In this document: one piece after another, positions 19,401-26,072 of the stretch | How the letters are laid out: every line of letters starts with the position of its first letter | How positions within the stretch are numbered: position 1 is the first letter of the stretch | IMG/VR virus record: IMGVR_UViG_3300032073_000194 | Coordinates: 1 to 27,313 of that record | Direction: 5' to 3' (one strand) | DNA: 27,313 nt | Source: a virus | Lineage: Duplodnaviria > Caudoviricetes | The notes under the pieces: generated by a model | Told to the model about the DNA's origin: nothing | Databases searched by the model: none | The model's input: only the letters and a program-made list of their open reading frames with translations | Program-made: the position numbers and the translations under genes

Positions 19401-20594
19401 GTTCGATTGGAGATCGAGGTTTTGGGAATTCAACTTCTCTTGGTCCGAAACAGAAAAAACGCACGTATTTGAAACGTTGGCCTCCAAATTAGAAGAATTA
19501 AACCACACGGAGACCGCATGGGGTTGGTCACCTTCCAAAAAGGTATTAGCCTCTAGGGTCACATTGGAGGTTAGGGTACCGGTGAGTTCCCAATACTTAT
19601 TGGTATTGTCATGGACCGCTGCAGTTCCGACGGGGGTAGGTCCAGTCACCTGATTGGTAAAGTCCGAGGACAACTTGGCATCCACATAGACATTGGCCCC
19701 AGTAGTTTGGGGCGTGTTCATAATTGACGCGAAGGTAGTATCCACGGAAGTATCACCCGCGGGTGGGTCCTCTTCGTAGCCGTAGAGTTCCCATTCACCT
19801 AATGTAGGGTACCCAGCACTCTTAGTGACAATAAGAGCGAATTGTTTGTATGAAGTTGTAGAATTTACGTTATGTACCGTTGGAACTTCTACAGATGTAG
19901 TTGTAACATCATTAAATGAATGTATCTTTACCCATGAATCAGTTGATGTATTTTTAGCGTATAAATGACCTGATTTAATTAGGTTACCAAGACTGTTCCA
20001 TTGCGAATATAGATAAAAATGTTTAAGTTTAATGGCTTTGGGCATTTCTACAGAAATCCATTCACCTTGTTCCGTGTTTGTATCAAGTCGAGATACAGGC
20101 TCACCCGCAGCAGTAATAGCTGTTGGGTCATATAATCCAGTGCTAATGTTATATATTTGTGTAGTTCCACCATTGTAAGCGTAAGGTCTCCATATATAAT
20201 TCGCTCCCGCCGCACCCTTGAGACCATCGAATACTGTCCACTGCTGTTTAAAATCTGTACTCGCTTTACTTGCAGAGACTGTATATCCAGCTTGAGTTTG
20301 AACGGGTAATAACGTCAAACCATTTTCATCGAACTTCCCCTCCGCAAAAGCAATCTCCGGGTACTTTTTCAAAGGAACCTCCTTTGGCAACCTCGCGTGA
20401 GGTCCATCCGTAGAAAAGATATTGTCTCCTACTTTGATTTTGTTTCCGGCGACATGAAGATTAGAAGAAAGACTCGTTCCCGTGACACCCACACCAAGAC
20501 TTCCTGTGGTTAAATCGATTAACGTATTCGACGAACCACCGATGAACGTAATTTTGTTCGCGTCTCTGAACTCAAGGTCGCCTTGTAGAGACAT
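15513..20594 (-). CDS. Giant modular adhesin/fibre (1693 aa): four discoidin-like domains, one split and one intact LamG domain, conserved C-terminal domain (FTGQH...CTYHCG)
   Basis: Four repeats of the G[ED]W/HQV...P...GSN[DN]...W...Y[KT]Y...[YF]G pattern; FKFDGSGDY...SIWFK...WHHIV...YLDN LamG; close paralogue of 20711-25627. Confidence 0.92.
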   Translation of the reverse strand: MSLQGDLEFRDANKITFIGGSSNTLIDLTTGSLGVGVTGTSLSSNLHVAGNKIKVGDNIFSTDGPHARLPKEVPLKKYPEIAFAEGKFDENGLTLLPVQTQAGYTVSASKASTDFKQQWTVFDGLKGAAGANYIWRPYAYNGGTTQIYNISTGLYDPTAITAAGEPVSRLDTNTEQGEWISVEMPKAIKLKHFYLYSQWNSLGNLIKSGHLYAKNTSTDSWVKIHSFNDVTTTSVEVPTVHNVNSTTSYKQFALIVTKSAGYPTLGEWELYGYEEDPPAGDTSVDTTFASIMNTPQTTGANVYVDAKLSSDFTNQVTGPTPVGTAAVHDNTNKYWELTGTLTSNVTLEANTFLEGDQPHAVSVWFNSSNLEANVSNTCVFSVSDQEKLNSQNLDLQSNTWHNLTYAYQGEGGSRVAYLDGRKVAEDQAEDTFGEYPPFDMTEYEQNGYAVSRSNDYDSDPANIRQAWKAFSSSGAWMTEFDVYGRNAENNNNGALNDAPTITDTSGTSHTGHQVTLETPFRLRVSYLAVNASVDGRRPENVVILGSNDNENWDLLYTNTSVPDQSDNNLIINSVKDYKYHMFMVKNLDPNGEGALYIPRLQYYGHRENDLVRLPDPTNVLKYPHIPFALGRGGYLDASGSTPKGEQSYSLRGYTVTSSSNYGNGGTDTRSGWCAFDEGNGGTTHNIWQSGDYYVNNTTPGTYNRSPPERHTAGGVNYDGEWIKLELPHKINVTGIEINSATYATSSSPMTSHIMSRPYEGAILGSNDGSKSGTWDLLKAFSGGLTWTTTTIAEGGGRVTLIPDTNTGNAYKYLVLIVNKNEGPRGQFDINEIKYYGTGVDSVPIQIGGGNIDKVANFRVYDKFVGEDQALEIWDAQKDEFRGVKNSVTLQKGRLGLGTTEPEGRLAVLDEPDPTYGLQKFPPRAISVLDYDTHIMGHGKFEFYSSQGTWAYSYRGNTSWDFTRAFTPRFTTDGGWHGDSLSTPGTYQIVGVYAPAITSGNGLIQSTLKDGSVVYGDWIAMRTPYAINVTRIATAPRKGYGKARGIGKFIILGSNNGVDWEHTGSGAIAPHDMSSATDAGGYGIFQSETIAYVSTNSNGYYYTYHRLVATHIMGHRGVSGHPQYQVGASESLNQSYLRFFGTREQLPPKQSVLHDGQLTLTKNLTVPSIGPSVTDTRHVVPKRHRLVVEFDTSTNPTGLTTVRDTSEMGNDGTLIGNAYYSIGDKAFKFDGSGDYISTPDIGFSGDQAVSVSIWFKYNGVPTSRQDIFGIGKGGTGTQFGIATYTPGTYLYTGANDLYNTGYNLITDTSWHHIVAIYRGGTPSTTTMSLYLDNVNVIGNLNGTNATQAANFDVNNCPFNVGAAAPGTNPINGSISNPKLYNTALTAGDVKKLYDMGRGDSYHVTNFQNTLVGINLGNGQAPRSALDVRDKIYAESSSVQTFTGQHICFPDESMEKGLIVSAKKNKFVKLNGLATGKSAITIDESLPIVSLSNVAQDKACFGVVSKMEESNAAYRTEITGGLVSESVKIVGDNRAIVNSVGEGAIWVVDTNGSLESGDYITTSNVAGYGQKQDSEFLANYSVAKITMDCDFTGSNVAVQTIKREETGTRIITEDAWNQLVEYDRYSNVEDEITTYYQIQRGENVLDDNGQLQFEDKTGATEEPYERRFLTTDGTQTDEANAVHIAAFVGCTYHCG

Positions 20595-20710
20595 ATCTAC
20601 TATTGAGTGAGGTTTTTTCTTACAAAGTGGAACTCAATTTGTAAGAAGTTTGTTTTGAGGGTCAGTCGCAAAGCGACTGGAACAAGTCCTACGGACTTGG
20701 GACTTGGGAC
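20595..20710. repeat. Second-type intergenic hairpin element (copy 2) with leader
   Basis: Same three hairpins as 15401-15512 plus an extra tandem TTGGGAC at 20704-20710. Confidence 0.85.
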
Positions 20711-21653
20711 TTAGCCACAATGGTACGTGCACCCAACGAAGGCTGCTATGTGCGCCGCGTTCGCTTCATCTGTTTGAGTTCCATCGGTCGTGAGAAAACG
20801 CCTTTCGTATGGTTCCTCGGTTGCGCCCGTTTTGTCCTCAAATTGAAGCTGACCGTTTTCGTCGAGGACATTTCCACCCCTTTGAATATGGTAATACGTG
20901 GTGATTTCATCTTCTACATTTGAATATCGATCGTATTCCACGAGTTGGTTCCAGGCATCCTCCGTAATTATTTGAGTACCAGTCTGTTCACGTTTAATAG
21001 TTTGAACGGCAACATTGGATGCGGTAAAGTCACAATCCATAGTTATCTTGGCGACCGTGAAATTGTGTAAAACATCGTCATCCTGCTTTTGACCGTACCC
21101 TGCAACATTAGAGGTCGTTATGTAGTCGCCCGACTCCAGGGGTCCATTGGTATCCACCACCCATATGGCACCTTCACCCACGGAGTTCACTACGGCACGG
21201 TTATCACCGGCAATCTTTATAGATTCGGAAACGAGTCCTCCAGTTATTTCTGTTCTATACGCTGTATTTGTTTCTTCCATTTTAGAAACAACCCCGAAAC
21301 ATGCTTTATCTTGAGCCACATTAGAAAGGGAGACGATGGGAAGAGATTCATCTATGGTGATCGCACTTTTACCGATAGCCAATCCATTCAGTTTGACAAA
21401 TTGATTCTTTTTTGCCGAAACGACGAGACCCTTTTCCATAGACTCATCTGGGAAACATATATGTTGCCCGGTGAACGTGCCGATGGTAGTTGTTCTTGCA
21501 TAGATTTGATCTCGCACATCCAGTGCAGACCGCGGTGCTCGACCATTGCCCAAATTGATACCCACGAGGGTGTTTTGGAAATTCGTGACGTGGTATGAAT
21601 CGCCTCTACCCATATCGTAGAGGGTCTTGACGTCTCCCGCCGTGAGGGCCGTG
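20610..21653. repeat. ~1 kb direct repeat (copy 2)
   Basis: Partner of 15419-16455. Confidence 0.85.
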
Positions 21654-24600
21654 TCGTAAAGCGTGGGTTTTGAAATTTGACCATTGAAATTGTAAGCACT
21701 TCTTCCAATATCTTCACCCACAGCAAAACTCGGTGAAACAAGTCCGAGTACACCTCCATCGGTAGTGTCCGAGTCCCAACTGGTGATTTGTTCTCCATTC
21801 AGATACATTAACATCGTGCTCTGAGATGTGCCACCGCCGAGATATACGGCAACTACATGATACCATACATCCGCACTTATAACACCATATTTTCTAAGGT
21901 CGTTTGACCATTGCCAGAATTGCAGGTCAGAACCATACACACGAATAGCAGAAAACCGTCTATCTGTAGTAGTCCCGTTTTTTTCACCTAAACAAGTTAC
22001 GAATTGTAAAGTTCCGGAAGCCGTGGTGTTAGTTTTAAACCATACAGACACGCTATGAGGATGTGCACCGGCCAATGATGGTGAAATCACACCAGTATCC
22101 ACGTAATCACCCGACCCATCAAACACAAATGCCTTATCACCTATGCTATAATACGCATTTCCTCTCAGTGTTCCATCATTTCCCATCTCCGAAGTGTCGT
22201 TGACTGTAGTCAAATCTGTGGGGTTCGTGGACGTGTCAAATTCCAATACTAATTTATGACGCTTAGGCACGACGTGACGTGTATTCGTCACTGATGGACC
22301 TATGGAAGGTACCGTGAGGTTCTTGGTGAGGGTCAGTTGGCCATCGTGGAGGACGGATTGACCCTGCTCACGGGTGCCGAAAATATCCCACCGAGCTATT
22401 CCTGCATATGCATAATTATTCATTTCTTCTATGACGAGACGGAAATATTTGAATGTCTGTGTAGATACGGTCGGGGGAGTGTACTTAACACTTTCGTATG
22501 CATGCGTCCTCGTCACATTCGTGAATCTGTGTAAAGATGTCCATATACCCGATAAATCGTTACTTCCAACAATATATCCAGCACGTGGTTGACGACCTAT
22601 ACTATGTTGTGGAGCTTGGATATCCGAATACTTATAGTTAATCTTATATGGAAACTCTATTTGAAGCCATTGACCATACTTATTAGCACCTTCTACGTTT
22701 GTAGAATAAAGTGAGTCTGTACTAGAAAACCCTCCAGTCGATGTGCTGTATTCAGGTTGACCTCCCGAGTCGGATTGTGACCACCAGTTTCCAGTAGTAG
22801 CCGTCGAATTCTTGTTGAATGCTTTATACGATGTATAGGTAGTGGAAACGACATTACTCACACTCGCACAAAACTCCCCATGACCCTCAAAGTAGGTCTT
22901 GTACCCAGTCATAGCCCTAGGAGGAAACTCTTCCAAGTTGTGGGGTTCATCCGCGACACTCAAGGATCCTTGGGGTGCATCCGTGCCTATCCCTAATTTT
23001 CCTTGTTGAAGAACCATCTGCGGTTTCGCGCGCCCAAACTCCTCCTTTTGGGCGTTCCATATTTCGTTCACTTGGTCCTCCCCAATAAACTTATCGTAGA
23101 CCCTAAAGTTGGCGACCTTGTCGATGTTCCCACCACCGATCTGGATGGGGATCGAGGAGTTCTCTTCTGTGCCGTAGAGTCTGTATCTCCCGAGTGTGAA
23201 TAATTGTCTTACCCCTGCGAAATCGTTTCCAAAAATACTTTTTACAACCAAACCAATATGCTTGTACGCAGTTGGTGTGTTTGGTGTTGCGGTTGAATTA
23301 GCCCAGTTAACGGTAAATGTTCTAGTTGGTTGCACCGCGTAATTTGTACCGGGTGTTATTGATGTATTGTCGTATGTGTTTATGTGATACCACGTAGAAT
23401 TATCGTTAGAACCCCATATTTCAAATGATTGTGCAGATTCATTGGCGGCTTGGGTCGCTGAATTACTGTTACTGGGTGGAATTGTTCGGGGTGTTAAATC
23501 GAATGAATTTAATACCAGTTTATGAGGTAAACCTAAAGTTATGTAATCACCCGCAGGTGTTTGGGAGGATAGTTTTACATTAGGATAACTCGTAGAGTTA
23601 AAGGTTCCATATGTGTTATAATACCAAGCAGCTCCACTCACGTATAACCCAAAATAACAGTCACTGTTATCTACCAATGTTCCTCTGAACGCTTTCCAGG
23701 AAGGTGAGTCGTATGCGTCATTATTCAATTCTAACTGAGCACCACGAGTAGTGTACCCCCTCTGTGCCGGACCCGTCATCGCAATGTGCGGATACTTCAA
23801 GACATTCGTGGGATCGGGAAGGCGGACCAGGTCGTTCTCGCGGTGGCCGTAGAATTTGAGTTCACGTATCGAAACTCCATAAGTCACGTGCTGTGTAACA
23901 CGTTTAGTCACAACAATCGCAAAATACTTATACACTTCACTCCCATCTACCGTACCCGTATAACCTGCTGCTGATTGACCCGCCGCTGTACCAGTGTGTG
24001 TACCTAGAGAAGTCCATGTATCACTTGAGTTCTTTTTGGCGTATACTATAAAATTATCGGGAGTATTTGATGTCGCACTATAACTTTGTGAGTATAGTAC
24101 AAAATAGTTTAAATGGAAATTTGAAGGAAACTCTAATTGTAACCATTCACCCTTTTCAGTTTCTGGTGCTAATCGCACAGTGCTTGTAGAAGTAACCAGA
24201 CCCCCCGTACGATTGTAAGTTCCTAAGCCATTCGAATACCACCCTACTGAGTCTCCACCCGCGATAGTATCAAATGCCTCCCATGGGTAATAATCACCGG
24301 GTGTATAATTACTCGCACTCACCACATACCCACCTTGTGAGTACCCCGTCATCGCGAAGGGTGGGTAGGCCCCGAAGGTATCTTCGGCTTGGTCCTCCAA
24401 GACCTTCCGTCCATCGAGGTAGGCGACTCTGGACCCACCTTCACCTTGGTACGCATAGGTTAGGTTGTGCCACGTGTTCGATTGGAGATCGAGGTTCACG
24501 GAATCCAATTTCTCTTCCGACGCGATCGAAAAGACACACGTATTGGAAACATTGGCCTCCAAGTTTGAGGAATTAAACCATACGGAAACCGCGTGGGGTT

Positions 24601-25627
24601 GGTCACCTTCGAGGAACGTATTCGCCTCTACTGCAAGGTTAGAGGTTAGGGTTCCGTTAAGAGTCCAATACTTACCGTCCGTGACGTACGTCGGGTTCCC
24701 CGAAGGGTCGGGACCACCCGAAATTTGGTTCGTCCCTACCCCCGTCGCCCCATCGACGAGGACTTGGACACCCGTCAGTTGTGGGTTATTGAACCGGGAT
24801 TTAAAGGTCGTATCGACCGAATGGTCACCAGCGGGTGGGTCCTCTTCGTAGCCGTAGAGTTGTAGTTCTTGTATGGATGCATACACTTGTGTGCCATCAT
24901 TTTTTGTTATGATAAGTCTAAAATAATTATAATAATTTGTTGAGTCTACGTTAGCGGGAAATGATTTATATGTCTTTACTGTCCAATTAATTGCCTCCGA
25001 CCATGTTAAAACAGAATTCCACGTTGTTCCATCAACACTTCCAGCTAAAACAGCATTTTTCGGCGCTCTACCTAGATCCTGTGAACCGGTCCCACCATTT
25101 CCCGTCGGTCCCATGATAGAAATAGAAGACAATTTCACCTTGTTTGGTAATTTAAGCTGAACCCATTCACCAGGAGTCGCAACTCCACTGACGGTTGTAC
25201 ACCGAGCATCTGATGTGGTCATGGTTGGTGTACCGGCACCTCCCGATGTAGTATATGTATTAATAGGTGAAATCCACAAGTTCTTGTTAGTAACAAAACC
25301 TGTTTGGTCGTCAAATATCCATGCCCCATAATATTCATTATGATGACTACTATCCGTCACCGTATACCCCGCTTGGACATAGGTATTCGTCGACTCATTA
25401 GAGTCAAACTTCCCACTCTCAAAAGCAATCTCCGGGTACTTTTTTAAGGTCGGTGCGACCCGTCCGTGCGGACCCGAAACGTCCGTGATCACGTTAGAAT
25501 TGTGCTGGATGCCTTTCGTCTGGATCCGTCCTGTGGTCGTATCGACGAATGAACTCGATGTACCCACGAACGATATCTTATTTGCGTTTCGAATCTCTAG
25601 AGTATCTATGACAGACTCGAACGACAT
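20711..25627 (-). CDS. Giant modular adhesin/fibre (1638 aa), paralogue of 15513-20594
   Basis: Start reassigned from 25927 to 25627 (MSFESVIDTLEIRNANKISFVG), directly after the conserved leader. Same domain order and linkers as 15513-20594. Confidence 0.92.
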   Translation of the reverse strand: MSFESVIDTLEIRNANKISFVGTSSSFVDTTTGRIQTKGIQHNSNVITDVSGPHGRVAPTLKKYPEIAFESGKFDSNESTNTYVQAGYTVTDSSHHNEYYGAWIFDDQTGFVTNKNLWISPINTYTTSGGAGTPTMTTSDARCTTVSGVATPGEWVQLKLPNKVKLSSISIMGPTGNGGTGSQDLGRAPKNAVLAGSVDGTTWNSVLTWSEAINWTVKTYKSFPANVDSTNYYNYFRLIITKNDGTQVYASIQELQLYGYEEDPPAGDHSVDTTFKSRFNNPQLTGVQVLVDGATGVGTNQISGGPDPSGNPTYVTDGKYWTLNGTLTSNLAVEANTFLEGDQPHAVSVWFNSSNLEANVSNTCVFSIASEEKLDSVNLDLQSNTWHNLTYAYQGEGGSRVAYLDGRKVLEDQAEDTFGAYPPFAMTGYSQGGYVVSASNYTPGDYYPWEAFDTIAGGDSVGWYSNGLGTYNRTGGLVTSTSTVRLAPETEKGEWLQLEFPSNFHLNYFVLYSQSYSATSNTPDNFIVYAKKNSSDTWTSLGTHTGTAAGQSAAGYTGTVDGSEVYKYFAIVVTKRVTQHVTYGVSIRELKFYGHRENDLVRLPDPTNVLKYPHIAMTGPAQRGYTTRGAQLELNNDAYDSPSWKAFRGTLVDNSDCYFGLYVSGAAWYYNTYGTFNSTSYPNVKLSSQTPAGDYITLGLPHKLVLNSFDLTPRTIPPSNSNSATQAANESAQSFEIWGSNDNSTWYHINTYDNTSITPGTNYAVQPTRTFTVNWANSTATPNTPTAYKHIGLVVKSIFGNDFAGVRQLFTLGRYRLYGTEENSSIPIQIGGGNIDKVANFRVYDKFIGEDQVNEIWNAQKEEFGRAKPQMVLQQGKLGIGTDAPQGSLSVADEPHNLEEFPPRAMTGYKTYFEGHGEFCASVSNVVSTTYTSYKAFNKNSTATTGNWWSQSDSGGQPEYSTSTGGFSSTDSLYSTNVEGANKYGQWLQIEFPYKINYKYSDIQAPQHSIGRQPRAGYIVGSNDLSGIWTSLHRFTNVTRTHAYESVKYTPPTVSTQTFKYFRLVIEEMNNYAYAGIARWDIFGTREQGQSVLHDGQLTLTKNLTVPSIGPSVTNTRHVVPKRHKLVLEFDTSTNPTDLTTVNDTSEMGNDGTLRGNAYYSIGDKAFVFDGSGDYVDTGVISPSLAGAHPHSVSVWFKTNTTASGTLQFVTCLGEKNGTTTDRRFSAIRVYGSDLQFWQWSNDLRKYGVISADVWYHVVAVYLGGGTSQSTMLMYLNGEQITSWDSDTTDGGVLGLVSPSFAVGEDIGRSAYNFNGQISKPTLYDTALTAGDVKTLYDMGRGDSYHVTNFQNTLVGINLGNGRAPRSALDVRDQIYARTTTIGTFTGQHICFPDESMEKGLVVSAKKNQFVKLNGLAIGKSAITIDESLPIVSLSNVAQDKACFGVVSKMEETNTAYRTEITGGLVSESIKIAGDNRAVVNSVGEGAIWVVDTNGPLESGDYITTSNVAGYGQKQDDDVLHNFTVAKITMDCDFTASNVAVQTIKREQTGTQIITEDAWNQLVEYDRYSNVEDEITTYYHIQRGGNVLDENGQLQFEDKTGATEEPYERRFLTTDGTQTDEANAAHIAAFVGCTYHCG

Positions 25628-25748
25628 ATCTATTATGAAGGGAGGTTTTTTTAAACTGGGGGAAACCCGAAGGGTTTCGTCTGTTTGATACGGGAGCACT
25701 TGGAACTTGGGTTCTTGCAAAGTGGGTTGCACTTTGGAGGAAATGTGT
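25628..25748. repeat. Intergenic leader plus hairpin element
   Basis: GAAACCC-GAA-GGGTTTC (25662-25678), a half-deleted second hairpin (only GCACTTG remains), and CAAAGTG-GGTTG-CACTTTG (25718-25736). Confidence 0.8.
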
Positions 25749-26063
25749 TTAAATTTCAGTTTCGTCCCATGATTGGGTCTCCTCGTTCCACGTGTACATT
25801 TTATCGTCCGAAGGGTGTGGAATTGGGGGTTGCCAGGTACACGTATCGTCGAGGGTCCACGAAGGGAAGGGTTGAGGCGTCGAAAAGTTATCTTTATCGG
25901 GGTGGTACGTATACCCGATGCCGGCATAGTTTTTACCTTCTGTGTTTTTATACGTTTTCACCCAGGTTCCATCCAATTCATATTCACACCAAAGTCGACT
26001 TTTCGCGAGAATAACTCGAATGACTTCATTGGTTTGTGTATTTAGTTCTGCAAAGGAAGCCAT
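25749..26063 (-). CDS. Small Trp/Pro-rich putative fibre partner/chaperone (copy 3 of 3)
   Basis: 104 aa paralogue of 3404-3718 and 9590-9898. Confidence 0.85.
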   Translation of the reverse strand: MASFAELNTQTNEVIRVILAKSRLWCEYELDGTWVKTYKNTEGKNYAGIGYTYHPDKDNFSTPQPFPSWTLDDTCTWQPPIPHPSDDKMYTWNEETQSWDETEI

Positions 26064-26072
26064 ATTCTATAT

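Noticed and set aside
15513-25627. Diversity-generating retroelement (template/variable repeat pair)
   Set aside because: No reverse transcriptase in the window, both repeat copies are coding, and mismatches inspected are mostly synonymous and not adenine-specific.
25628-25927. 100-codon upstream extension of the 20711 ORF
   Set aside because: It overlaps the small gene in another frame and crosses the hairpin spacer. The true start is most likely 25627. Sharing a frame with the 9762 extension can be chance given the homologous sequence.
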